64,000 nucleotides of DNA, taken from assembly GCA_900088475.1 (NCBI GenBank), contig FLMG01004002.1, positions 1 to 64,000 of the forward strand, written 5' to 3'. Made by a program: the position numbers and the translations under genes. How positions within the stretch are numbered: position 1 is the stretch's first letter; each line of letters begins with the position of its first letter. Below the pieces are notes generated by a model. The model did no database searches and had not been told where the DNA came from. It saw only the letters and a program-made list of their open reading frames with translations. Shown here in pieces: positions 1-11,959 of this stretch. Origin of the DNA: Hyphochytrium catenoides (lineage: Eukaryota; Protista; Hyphochytriomycota).

Positions 1-834
1 ACAATCACGCAGTCAAGGGCGATCCTTGACACTGTGCCTCAATCTTCTTACACTTAAGCTTTCCACTGACAGTGGTAGGGGATGAGTGCAGCAGCGCGCT
101 TTGATAGCTAGCCCTAGAGCTTCTTACTGCGCAGACACAGAGGCGTCAGATAGCTCTGAGTCAATCTACGGCCCAAAGGGTTTCTCAGGCGATCTGTGAG
201 GAGAACATAGCTGTCTTCCTGGCTTGTGCGATGAGTTGCTTATAAAGGATTTCCTCATCCTAGTTGAAGATTCCTATCTGCACCTTATCGCCCGCCTCCT
301 AGGGTTTGACATGCAGACCAGTCGATTCTTTCCTCAGATTCGTTTGAGACCTGTTTGTCGCTTAGTGGCCCTACTGGGCACAATGCGATAATAAAAGGGT
401 GACTTATTCTCATTATAATATTGAGAGAGTACAACTGCATATAATGTTACCTCAGAGTCCACGCTGGATTGAACGGGACAGATATATTGCGAGAATTATA
501 GAATAAGTATGAGTTATGCGACGATATTCAGTGATGCCAGGACCAGAGTGATGACTTCTATCAAAAGCATAGGCAGCTTTCTTCATCTTCACCAGAGCGC
601 GGAGCACGGAGCCCACAAAGCTTCTCGGACTCCATCGCCCAGAGACTGCGCCTGCTCTGCCGCCCTGCTCTCATCGCCTCTCCATCCTCTTTGGCTTCAC
701 ACCTGGCCAAATCTCTGTCTCCTTGGCCACCTCTATTGGCTATCTGCCTGCTGCTAGTGCTTGCAATAAAGGTTAAGGGGTACGGAATATTTAGCAGCAG
801 CTTCCTCAGCAGCAGCAGCCATAGGAGCAGCAGC

Positions 835-2680
835 ATGCTTCGCAGCCGGCTCATGCTCCGTCGGAGTGCGAGACTAAGCTTTCAGCAGCGTGAGACTGGA
901 GAGGTCGGATTGACGACGCTGGTGGGAAATCAGGAGAACGATGCCACCGACCTGAGCAAGATACCAGGCCCCAGTGGTCGGCAAGGTATCAAGCGACGGC
1001 GCTTGGTGAAGACAGAGGAAGCCATAAAAACGGAGATAAACCTTAAGACAGAGGACGAGACTGTCAGTGTAAAGCAGGAAGTAGAGCATTACAGAGGAGG
1101 CATCAAAGATGGAGCTGCCTTTGTCAAGGAAGAGAAAGTCACAGTGACTTCGACTGCACATCGCCCACAACCGAAGCGTTGGCGGGAACAGCTCCGCGGC
1201 ATCGAGGAGATGAGAAAAGACAAGACGGCGGAGGTAGATACGATGGGCTGTGAGGCCTTTTGGTCAGATAATATCCCAGCTCCAGAGGCGCGATTCCGTG
1301 TGCTGCTGGCAGCAATGTTAAGCAGTCAGACGAGAGACAATGTAACAGCGGCAGCCATGAAGAAGCTCATTGCTGAGGGTACTACCGCGCTGCATCTTCT
1401 ACCACGGATATCCCACTATCTCTCTACCTCTTTCCACATTTCTCAGCTTTTACAGGCAGATCCCTGCAAATCCAAAGTCGTTGCTCCGCCCTCTACTTTA
1501 CTCTCTAGTCGTTGTCCTACGCTATGCTTCTGTCACTCCGGCTTATTCATTTCCATATTCTTCCTTAACCCCTCCCTTCTAGACCTTGCCAAGCCCCGGC
1601 AACTGGCTGAAGCGTCCACAGATACGATAGCCAAGGCAATTTACCCGGTCGGCTTCTATAATAACAAGGTGCACTGGTCTTCTTCTCTTCAGACCAACAG
1701 GTCCTTGGTTTCAACACATGTTTGGCTTCATTGTCTTTCTTTCCGGTAGCTAATTTCTATTGCTCCTCGTCATTTTGTCTTTCCTTTCTCTCCCTGGCTT
1801 TTCTCTCCCCCCCTCAACAGTCTTCCTTTCTTCTTCTGACCTCTGTCAAACTTCCAGCATACTCCTGATTGGGCCTGAGGAACTCTCTCGCTATGACTCT
1901 CTGTTACTCTCTCTGTCTTTTTTCCGCTTTCTCTCTCTCTGTCTCTCGGTCGTGCCCTGTTTCCTCTCCTCTCTCTGCATTGACTCTATTCCTGACTCTT
2001 CAGGCAGTCTCTCCTGACTCCTATTTGGCCCCATTCGGCATGATAACTCCGTTAGGCAAAGTATCTGAAGCAGACAGCCCAGCTGCTAGTGGACAAATAT
2101 GAAGACCACGAGACTAAGCTTCCTGACATCCCTCAGACACTGAAGGAGCTAGTTGCCCTCCCAGGAGTGGGTCCCAAGATGGCTCATCTAGTAATGAACG
2201 TCGCATGGAAGAAGTGAGTTTATTTGCTGATGCGTCCTTNNNNNNNNNNNNNNNNNNNNNNNNNNNNNNNNNNNNNNNNGGGCTGCCTATTGTAGCTCTC
2301 AGGGCATTTGCGTAGACATTCACGTCCACAGAATAGCCAATAGACTAGGCTGGGTGAAAACCTGGACCAAGAAAAGCAACCAAGGCCCTGAAAAAACGCG
2401 TGAGGTCCGTCCCTCAGCTTCTGAGGATAAGCCATCCTTTTTCTGCTACCCTGAATCTAGTGATCTTGTGCGTTCAATCTCTTGTCTGTTCCCGCGTCAG
2501 GTCTCTCACCATCTTTGCTCTGTCCCTTAGGAGCTGGAGCAATGGCTTCCCAAAGAGCACTGGGTGACCATCAATCCCTTGCTAGTGGGCTTTGGACAAC
2601 AGATTTGCGCGCCTGTAAGGCCCAAATGTGAAGCTTGCACAATCAACCACATCTGTCCTTCAGCGTCAACAAGAAAGTGA
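835..2680 (+). CDS. NTH1: Endonuclease III-like DNA glycosylase/AP lyase (NTH1/NTHL1), about 5 exons
   Basis: Motifs [28 protein letters not shown]|AKYLK, Hh[26 protein letters not shown] and the C-terminal [4Fe-4S] motif [18 protein letters not shown]. Stop TGA at 2678-2680. First in-frame ATG is at 835, but the frame is open upstream (TTG at 691). One intron contains an N gap. Confidence 0.93.
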
Positions 2681-2706
2681 AAGTGAGAACCGTAAAGCTA
2701 AGTCCG

Positions 2707-2866
2707 ATGACGACGACTCGTTTATTTATTAGACTTCGACCATTGTTTAGTCTCAGACGCTGTGTAAAGTGAGAACTATACAGCTAAGAACCATGACAAC
2801 GACTCATTAATTATCACACATCGACCATTGTCTGGTCTTAGACGCTAGTGTACAATATAAGACTAT
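2707..2866. repeat. Imperfect ~86-bp tandem duplication between the convergent 3' ends of NTH1 and the TBC gene
   Basis: atgacgacgactcg..tcgaccattgtttagtctcagacgctgtgta..actat at 2707 versus atgacaacgactca..tcgaccattgtctggtcttagacgctagtgta..actat at 2793. Confidence 0.8.
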
Positions 2867-2882
2867 TGAGTGTGGATGCTCT

Positions 2883-5800
2883 TCAGTCATTGAGCTGAGG
2901 TTCATTGGTCTCCAACGTCTCTTGGTACATTCCTTCCAGCGCCTTCAACATAGAGTTAGTCACCTTGAAGTGCAAGCTCTCTTTCAGAAGCTCTTCTGCA
3001 GAGACGTCTTCTAAGGTTCTTCCCTGGTGGAGAGCCTGAAGGATGCCACCGAAGTCCTTCATCAACAAGTCCGCCTTCATGGAGTTTGCGGAGAATAGGT
3101 TACATGCATTACGGATTAGAGAAGGCGTCGGGCTGGTTATAACGTAGGAAGCGGCTATAGTATATACCTGCAGGCGCTGAAGGACCGAGAGTATGACTCG
3201 AAAAACCATCTTCCACTTCTTGACCAGGAAAATGTCCCAGAGCCTTTCTACAACTCTTAGAGGAAGGGCATTAAAGGTGCTGAAGATGGTCATAATCCAG
3301 GATGACGAGTACATAGTGGCTTCTACTCCTTCCTCCCTTAGATGGTTGCTGAGCTCAGGCAGGTGGACCGCTACAAGACACTCTAGCTGGAAGTGACACA
3401 GAGAACGATTGGTCAGTAAAACATAATACGGAAGTTCAATAGAACTGGGAAACGCGTAACAGAACAAAAGGTCGAGCAGCAGGAATAGAGAAGAGAGACG
3501 GGAACGTAGAGCAAGGCAGATTGAACTTGTGCTCTGTGTACCTGATATAGGCACAATCCAAGTCTCTCCAATCTTGGCCCATAGAGAGTTCCCATGTCGT
3601 AATGTTCTAGCAGGTTCACCATCATAGAGAAGGATGCCTCCTCGTCCATCCAGCGGAGTAGCAGAGCGGCCACAAAGTTCATTCCTTGACAGTATCCCAC
3701 ATCTCTCTTTGAAGCAGTGATAGCACATAGTACATTCTTAAGTCGCTTCAGCGTCCTAGCTCTAATGCCAGATGGCATACAAGAGGCAGGGAGACAATGA
3801 CGTTGCCATTAGAGACAAATAAACGGAGAAAGACGAGGAGGAGAAAGTCAATCAAGAGCACTTATGTTCGTCTAAGGGTGTCACGTACTCTGTTCCTTGG
3901 TTACCATCAAATCCGACTTCTTCTCTCACTACTCTGAGCGAAGATCTGATTGGAGAACGAAGCTTCGTCTGTCCCCTCGGGGAGCTGTAAAGCTTCTCTT
4001 GTCTCCCGTTACCATACGTCCGCACCACATCTGCATCAATGAGACCAATCTGACACCCTGCTGCTCCCGGTGCATCAGAAGGAGCGGCGCTACTTCTCCT
4101 AATAGATGTCTCTGGCGGGATTGGGCCACCGTCCTGATGAAGTAGGCAGAACGGAATGAATGGCCATATACAGTTGAGTCAGTGAAGGCCCATGAGGGAA
4201 TCCAGAGACAAGAGGGCCAGTAGGCGGCAGTGTAATGGCTATGTTAGGGTGCACGGCGGGAACGAAGACAGGCATAGCAGAGAACACAGTTACGCCGCCT
4301 TTCAAGACGGACGATTTCTTTTGTGCAGCGCCATACCTGGAGCTCCACTAGCAGAAACTCTGAAATTTCCGCATCCATGAGACTGCTCTCATTTGATTTC
4401 CATGCATCATCTTTGCGCTTTTCCCCATCCGGAAGCACAGATGCTGCTGTAGCAAGGCTCTCTGCCGCTGGCTTCTCCTTAGCATCTTCCGCACCCTTAA
4501 TCTCAGTGTCTGCTTCTTCCGCACGATCTGCAAATTTATTCGCTGCTTTCACTAATCCCTGTTGTGAATGTTTCTGGGCTCTAAAAAGGAGGAACCGCTT
4601 TTCCTCTTCCTCTGCCATGGATAGCCGCTCTCGGTAGGTATATTTGGGCTGCGCTGTCTTTGTCCAGGCGCAGTAGGCAGCTGCAGGCGATAGTGAAGTA
4701 ACCCCTTGAGGGGCTATCTGCGCTTCTCGGAGTGTAAGCCTAACCAAATGCTGCCATAAAAAGCCTCTGTTGCTTTCAGCGTAGTGGAGGAACAAGATAT
4801 ACTCCCGCCAGAACTCCTTGCATGTTGCTACCTGATGCCAGCGTTTGCAGACTTCGGCAGCAACAAGGACCTGACCATAGCATGCGAAGCAGCCGAGGCC
4901 AATGGTTAAGTAGACGAGCAGAAGGGAAGACAGTGACGTGTCGAAATGGGACATAGTGACAGGTCGACATGAGGCAGGCCGACATAAGATGACAAACCGT
5001 GGAAACGGGGATGATTGCGAAGTTACTACTAGCTAATTGAAAGAAAGAAGCAGGCTGGGACTCCCGCAGCACAGCGACTGAGACAGAAGTGGCGCATTCT
5101 CTCACATCTTGCAACTCCAGGAAACCGAAGGCAGGCGCCAAGGCCCTGACATCCTCAGCTTGTCTGGCATTGACGGGGCGCCAACGTAAGGCTCTAACTA
5201 GCAGCTNNNNNNNNNNNNNNNNNNNNNNNNNNNNNNNNNNNNNNNNNNNNNNNNNNNNTCTAGGTGTCCAGCCAATGGCTTGATATCTGTCCCGCAGCTT
5301 TGAACCGCGTATGCTAATGGATGATAACCGCTCTTGGATCTGGTTGTGCTGTCATTTAAGAATGGCAGTGCGAGATGCGCTCTCAGCTCTGTCTCTACGA
5401 GTTCTTAGTATCCTCTACCCTCCTGCTTCCTGAAGTGCTGCGGTATCCTGCTGCGGCAACCTCTTACAACCCGACTAATCTCTCTCAGATTCTGTCTCTC
5501 TCGAACTCCCCTAGGATAACAAGGTGGGTCTCAAGTTTAGCCAAGGTACCTTAATAGTGGAGCATCGCTTGCTTCTTCGCACGCCAGCAAGTCGATGAGG
5601 TTGACCCTGGCCACTAGGAGCAGGAGGACCAGAAGCAGCAGAAGGAGGAGGGACAGAATCACTCTGCGACGTGAGCTTCTTCCACACATTTGACGGGACG
5701 AAGCTCCACTCTTTCTTCGGGCTAACGTGACTTGATGCGTCCTTGTCACTGGCTCTTTCCCTAGGAGGGGGGGAGCTCACTCTTGAAGACTCTTTCTCAT

Positions 5801-6695
5801 ACTCTCCTGGAAAAGGCAATGTCAGAAAGGGATGGGCCAAGCCTTAAGAATGGCAATGGGGAGACGTAAAGTAAAGAAAAGCAGCAGAAGTGGATCAAGG
5901 AAAGAAGTGTGCACGGATTTTCTACGACACGATGAGCGTCGGTGCTTCGATTAGTCCAGATAGATGATTAGAGAGGGTGTAGGGTGGAAGAGGGAGAGAG
6001 AGAGAGAAAAGGAGAGAGACGGCAGCGAGGAGGGAGACAGACAAAGAGGGAGGGAGAGAGAGAGAGANNNNNNNNNNNNNNNNNNNNNNNNNNNNNNNNN
6101 NNNNNNNNNNNNNNNNNNNNNNNNNNNNNNNNNNNNNCACCCACTGTGAAAAGCTCATACTCTTAAACAGAAATCTGGGCTTCCCACTATTGGGCGAGAG
6201 AACCGCATGCTCCTCCGCAACAGGAGAGGAAAGAGAAACATCCGCAGTGGCAGTCTCCTCTGCAGCGGTCCTGCCAATGGCCTTGGTAGTATGTGAAGAA
6301 GAAGAAGGCGCGGAGACTTTGGCCATTTGTTTGCTTCTTCTGGATTTAGAAGAGCTCTGGCTAGTGAAGCTTTGAGTAACCACTGACAGCCACTCTGTGA
6401 AGTTTGGGCTGCTAACAGAAGAACCAGAAGATACGGAAGAGAGCTCGTCTCCCGCAGGTTGAGCTGGTATGTCCACTTCAAGAGGGTCAGACGGTGTCTC
6501 ATCCAGCCTCTCTTCTTCTCTTCCTCCCAGAGACAGAGTGGGAGTCGCTAACCTTATTACTCCGCTTCGTTGGGAGACAGGTGCATGCGATGTACCGCTC
6601 ACTCTCTTCTCTCCTTCTGTAGCGTTCCCCTTCTGGACGGCTTCCGGGCCAGTGGCTCTGCCAGCCGAAGGAAAAGGTTGATTTATGGGCTCCAT
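2883..6695 (-). CDS. TBC-domain Rab GTPase-activating protein with an F-box-like motif, multi-exon
   Basis: TBC motifs DVGYCQGMNFVAALLL, HLPELSNHL, MYSSSWIMTIF and RLWDIFL. The spliced F-box-like segment reads LAPAFGFLELQD|VLVAAEVCKRWHQVATCKEFWREY. The N-terminus from ATG 6695 is Ser-rich. Two N gaps make the middle exons uncertain. Confidence 0.85.
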
Positions 6696-6919
6696 GAGGC
6701 GGTGCTCTACCTAGGAACGACGGCGCGAAACTGGGAATGTCGAGGAAAGACCAAGGCGCTGTCGGGCAGCGGGGAGGCCGGATGTAGCTAGATTATGACA
6801 TGTAGAGGAAGAGAAAGGGCTGCTTATTATGCCAAGGGCTACGTGGGCTGTGGGTTCACATGTTAGACTCCGGCAGACATGAGATCTCTTTGCAATCATC
6901 AAGAAGAGGGCTCTTTATC

Positions 6920-7170
6920 GTCCGTTGTCTCTCTCTCATGGCCTCGCTTCTTTTGTCTTAGGCTTCTCATTCTCCCTCCCTCTTTTCTCTCCTTCCACCC
7001 TCCTCTCTCCCTCTTCCCGTCTTTCTCTCTCTCTCTCTCTCCATCACCCCCACCTCTTCTCTCTCTTTCACTCTGTCTCTCTCTCTCTTGCTCTCTTGTT
7101 TCTCTTTCTTTCTCCCTCTCTCTGGCTCGCTCGGTGTCTCTCTTTGTTTCTCTCTCTCTCCTTGATCTTG
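6920..7170 (+). repeat. (CT)n-rich microsatellite / polypyrimidine tract
   Basis: Interrupted ctctctct runs seen directly. Confidence 0.85.
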
Positions 7171-7932
7171 ACCCCATCATCCTCTCAAAGAGATATTGCG
7201 CTTCATCCCACCCATCGCTTCCCCCATCTTTATCGTCATATAGCCATAATACCATAATTGCGCTGGCTGACACGACGGTGGAGAGGGCCCACCCACACCC
7301 CGTAACACCCTCTTTCACATCATCTTCAATAACCTATCTCTGATAATCTCTATCTCCATTCCACAAGTCTCAAGTATCACAAGTACAAATCCCGAAAGGA
7401 CTTCTCGCTGTGGCCCTGAAGGCGTAAGTGCACATCCTGCCATGTGTTGAGATTCAAGTTCTGTTACTGTACAAGTATAGCTCCAGGACGTCAGTACTTG
7501 TACTTTACTCATAAGTACATCCTTATCTTCATGAAGATAAAGAAGAGCTCTATGAAGCATTTAGCTAGGAATCACTCTGCCTCTTGTTATAAATAAAGCG
7601 CCAATAATGATTCTCTCATAGTAGTAGCTCAGAGCTCAAGCTTCACTTGGTGGTGCTCATAACTATGTAGAACTAGGAGCTATTTTCCATCTTCATCACT
7701 ATCTCTGCCCCTCATTTACCTTCTATTGAATGGTACCTGGGATATCCACTTCTATTGCTACCTTTACCAGAGGACCAAATATGATTTCTTCTTGCAGAGA
7801 CGTCAGACCAGGATTAATAAAAAGCGATTGTTCGTATATTTCTTTATAAATTGCCCCGGTCCCACCACAAGCATGCCCCAAGGGAAAAGGACTCTTCGTC
7901 CAGAAGATTGGAGGCTTGTGATCCACCTAGCT

Positions 7933-8044
7933 CAGGTAAGAAGAAAGAGCTACTACAACTCCTAGGCCGGACAACTCCACTCTATCGCCAGGTAAGAAGA
8001 AAGAGCTACTACAACTCCTAGGCCGGACAACTCCACTCTATCGC
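7933..8044 (+). repeat. Exact 2 x 56-bp tandem duplication beginning with a donor-like CAG|GTAAG
   Basis: caggtaagaagaaagagctactacaactcctaggccggacaactccactctatcgc at 7933 and 7989. Confidence 0.95.
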
Positions 8045-8207
8045 CTGTAGGTTCACTGTGATTGACCCGTCTCTGTCAGGTCCAGCAAGTTGATAACTCA
8101 TAAAAATCTCTCTTAAAGGGTCAGACAGCAGTGGCAACGGCCCAATGCAGATACGTGATACAATGAAAAAGGTTTTATTTTTATAGCGGTCCACAGCCCA
8201 TCTCTAC

Positions 8208-9875
8208 CTAATGTTTGAATTGATCCTCGGTTACCCCAGCGCCCATAATGTTCGTAGAGGAAAGTCCGCCAGTTACGACGTTTTGAAGGGCATCAACATA
8301 CTCGGTCCCGCTCCACTTCTGGTGAGTCAGCGTGGAAACCTTGTGGTTGCGCTCCTGGCGTTGGATGCCCTCCACATAGGCCAGCATCTTTCTCTTCTCG
8401 TAGTCGCGAGCAAACTTCGTGATGCCAAGGGCATCAGAGTGGAAGCCAGCCAAAGTGATGAACTGCCAGCAGAACCCAAGTTTGCCCAGGTCATCAACAA
8501 AAGTCCTCATCTCGTCATCACTCATGCCCGCAGCATCCCAGTTGAAGGAAGGAGACAGGTTGTAAGCCAGCATTTGGTGAGGGACCTTTGACTTGATGCC
8601 GTGAGCAAAGGCCTTAGCCTCAGCGAGACCTGGAACAGCAGTCTCCATCCAGATCAGGTCGGCATAGGGTGCGTAAGCGCGGCCCCTGGCCACACAGAAG
8701 TCTACTCCACCCTTTACGCGGTAGTAACCCTCAACAGTTCTAGCAGCGTCCCAGTCAAAGTAAGGATCAACACCAAGGCTGTTAGCTAGCTTCTTCAGCT
8801 CTGGCAGAGAGAGTGTAAGACACACACTGTTCCACTTCGCTAGCTTTTCAGCTTTGTTGGACGCGTTAGAGTTGTTCAAAGCTGCCTTAACAGCATCAGG
8901 GTAGGTGGCAACGCCAGCCTCCTTGTCCCACTGGAGACCACGTCCAGCAACGGTGGCATCAATGTAAGATCCAGCTTTCGGGTTGGTTGCACCAAGAATG
9001 AAAGGATGATCGCGGCCGTCCACATTGTTGTCCAACAGGGTAGCCGCCTCAGCGTCCGTCCTAGAGACAATGACCGTAGGGGTCATAAGGATGTCTGCCT
9101 GGAGGCGAGCAGCAATCAGGCGCTGGCAATGCTCCTGGGTGGAGACAAGGACCTTTCCTCCCATATGGCCGCATTTCTTTGTGCCTGGTTTCTGGTCTTC
9201 TAAGTGAATTCCAGCAGCTCCGCGCTCGATAAACATCTTTGTTAGCTTCATGACTGCAGTCAACCCGCCGTGACCAGTGTCCGCGTCGGCAATTATAGGC
9301 CGAAGATAGTCGACAGCGGGGTTGGCCGCACGCTCGGCAGCAGTCATTCTGCGTCTGGCTTCGTATTGCTTTCTATCGTGGAAAAGCTGCGCACGGAAGA
9401 GTTGATCGCACTTGTTGGGGACTGTGTCATAAGGATAGTCGGCAATATCAGGACCAGGCTCGTTAGACGTTGATGCCGTGGAGGATGACTGCCAGCCGCT
9501 AATGTATACAGACGTCAGGTGAGGTGCCATCTGAACGACCTGAATTGGGTCAAGAGCGCCAAAGGTGTGAGAGACTAGCCCCTTGGACTGGAAATCACGG
9601 AGCATGTTGTATAGCTTCATGGACTGTCGAGCCGCAGCATATTGAGGTACGAATGAACCCTGGAGCTTGACAACGCTGGTGGCATCAAAAGGACGAGTGG
9701 TGTACTTGAAACGATCGGACCTTTGGTATCTCTCCACCTCCGCAACACGGCGCTGGAAGTCAGCGTCCTCATCAATGGCAGCAGCACACTGAGAAGGAAC
9801 CAGCTTCGCACTGCCGGTGCTCTCCGCACCTTGCAGATGAGAGTTGAGGATCTGGATTCTCTTGCAGTTATCCAT
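8208..9875 (-). CDS. ICL1: Isocitrate lyase (long eukaryotic type), intronless, with an N-terminal PTS2
   Basis: 555-aa ORF with catalytic KKCGHMGGK, plus [28 protein letters not shown] and [11 protein letters not shown]-terminal RIQILNSHL. Confidence 0.97.
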   Translation of the reverse strand: MDNCKRIQILNSHLQGAESTGSAKLVPSQCAAAIDEDADFQRRVAEVERYQRSDRFKYTTRPFDATSVVKLQGSFVPQYAAARQSMKLYNMLRDFQSKGLVSHTFGALDPIQVVQMAPHLTSVYISGWQSSSTASTSNEPGPDIADYPYDTVPNKCDQLFRAQLFHDRKQYEARRRMTAAERAANPAVDYLRPIIADADTGHGGLTAVMKLTKMFIERGAAGIHLEDQKPGTKKCGHMGGKVLVSTQEHCQRLIAARLQADILMTPTVIVSRTDAEAATLLDNNVDGRDHPFILGATNPKAGSYIDATVAGRGLQWDKEAGVATYPDAVKAALNNSNASNKAEKLAKWNSVCLTLSLPELKKLANSLGVDPYFDWDAARTVEGYYRVKGGVDFCVARGRAYAPYADLIWMETAVPGLAEAKAFAHGIKSKVPHQMLAYNLSPSFNWDAAGMSDDEMRTFVDDLGKLGFCWQFITLAGFHSDALGITKFARDYEKRKMLAYVEGIQRQERNHKVSTLTHQKWSGTEYVDALQNVVTGGLSSTNIMGAGVTEDQFKH

Positions 9876-10449
9876 TGTAGCCTCCGCAATTTCGAAGATT
9901 GGGTGGATTATGATATGAAGACTAAGTAAGATGACTCAGTCACGCGCCGCTCTTTGATGGAGCAAGAAAATCGTTTTGTGACAGAGACAGAGACAGAGAC
10001 ACCGCAGTGTCTACAGCCTGGCAGCGGTGGTTCCGTTGCCTCTTCTCAGACTTCAGCAAATTTGACCAGGAAGATCACACAGTGCTCTATGCCTTCCCAC
10101 TTCACTAGGGGAAATCGCCTACCACTATACGTAAGCCGCGTGCAGTTCTTATGGCTGCTAGTCTGTAGGGGTGGCCTCCACCCTAGGTGCACACCTCCTT
10201 TCTTGCTCTGACTGCTCTTGACCTGATTCTTGTGCTTCAACAAGTCACTGCCTTGAAGTCACTTCTTCCCATACACAAAGCTCACAGTAGAACGGCCTTT
10301 TCTTGAAGCGTCTGGATTCGGGGGAACAAACAAAAGCTCACACACACAGGCTTCAAACCCACACTATGTGTAATGCTATATATTTATAAGATAAACCCAT
10401 ACTGTCAGGAGACGACTTCATCCTATGCGGAAGGTGATGCATCCCGCAC

Positions 10450-11305
10450 TGCTGCTATTTTCGCGATGGGCTCCACCTACCAGATCGTTTTCTCCCTTCT
10501 AATTGTCTGAGAAAGAATGGTGGTTCGATTTATTGCAGTCCATGTTCGGTGTCTAACCAAATGGCGATTAGCAAAAGATAGAGATAACCGGTCTCCGGTA
10601 ACCGCAATTGCCCACTCCATTGGTTACTGAGATGGTCATTCAACCCAAAACCCTCTGTCATATTGGAGGAGCTTTGAAAGCAGAGCGCACATTTTCTCAT
10701 ATGTGCGTTTGCGGAGAGAGACCAGAGTCTGCACCCAAGACCCGGTAATGTGGTGTGGAAACCGCGCACGATTCCGCAGTGTCAGGAAAGAGCACCTCGT
10801 CGGGTAATGAAGACTGTTGAAGTTTTGAGAATCTGAGCGGAGTTAGAACTGGGTCAAGTCGTGTTCTTTCCATGATACTTCTAGCCAACGCAACAATCTC
10901 CTGCTCTCTGCTCTTTTTTTTACCGAAGCCGGCCTTGCTTAGCGGAACCAGACGGATTATATTAGGCATGTGGCCGATTGTGAGCCGAGTGGGCTCATCA
11001 TCGTTGCCCCATTGCCCCCGCTTGCATTGCCGCTCAAGCGTTCCTTGTGCCTGGTAAGCAGCTGTCACTTGTGATTCCTCTTTTCTTTACGCCTGGCCGT
11101 CTCCTCTTCTTATCGTCCATGATCTACCACTCTTCCTTCCTTTGACGACGACTTACCTTTTTGTTACTTGGCGGTGTGTCATAGCCAGCACTGAGGAGTG
11201 TTGATTGCACTATGAGCAGACGCTCCTCCTCCTGAGTTGGAAGTAATGGGAGGTCTCGAGTTGACGAGCTTTTGTTTACGTCATTATTGTCACCAAGAAG
11301 CATGT
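10450..11305 (-). pseudogene. Decayed coding relic with an OTU-like cysteine-protease motif (possibly TE-derived)
   Basis: ORF 10697-11068 continues in frame through several stops into TISVTNGVGNCGYRR, which resembles the OTU G[D]GNC[GL][YF]R motif. A gtaagt donor lies upstream near 11157. Confidence 0.35.
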
Positions 11306-11959
11306 ATTAACTGGTGCTCCTAGATAGCCAACAAGAAAGGTTATACACTCCTCCTCTTCCTCTTCCTCCTCATCCTCCAATGATGGAGGATGGGGCAATG
11401 CCAGTCGTTGTTACTACTTGTTGCGAACAATTGGCACTGACTACTAAGGTGTGGTTGTGAGGTGTCGTCTACGGCTCCTCATCAGGGGCCTTTCGTCTTG
11501 GAACCTCTTGTTGTCACGAATAAGCATAGCAGCAGCAGGACCACACCGACCGCGCCACCCTTCTTACTCCTCCTCCCTCCACTACAAATCCAACTGATAT
11601 GATGAGGATGCTATCACGACTACCAATGGGTCGTTGTGGCACTAATTAACATGTGAAGTATGTGATTGAGGAGGAGCTCGCTGCTGCTCCTCTTCTTCTC
11701 TCCCCCCTACCATCGTCTATCATGTCGCCGTCGTCCTCCTTCAGTCATCCGTAATGCGTGTCATCATCAGTGCATGCAAGAAAGAAATAAGAGATGGGGA
11801 TCTTCAACTAGAAAAAGAAGACTTTTGGTCCCTTGTTATTGGTTAAAATCAACTGCTAGGGACCACGAGGCCCGGCAAAACCCCGGATCTGGTGTGACGT
11901 TCTTCCTCCTTATTAGTGGTGGCTCCTTGTCGGCATAGTAGTTTTGTTGGCCAAACACG

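Noticed and set aside
1-500. Possible gene at the start of the window
   Set aside because: No convincing ORF, motif or exon chain could be built.
2240-6137. N runs at 2240-2279, 5207-5258 and 6068-6137
   Set aside because: These are assembly gaps or masking, not biological features.
6879-7343. Leu/Ser- and Arg/Glu-rich ORFs here and at 26825-27301
   Set aside because: They are translations of CT/GA microsatellites.
8180-8210. Stop-codon readthrough producing a cryptic PTS1 on ICL
   Set aside because: Readthrough gives VEMGCGPL*, which is not SKL-like.
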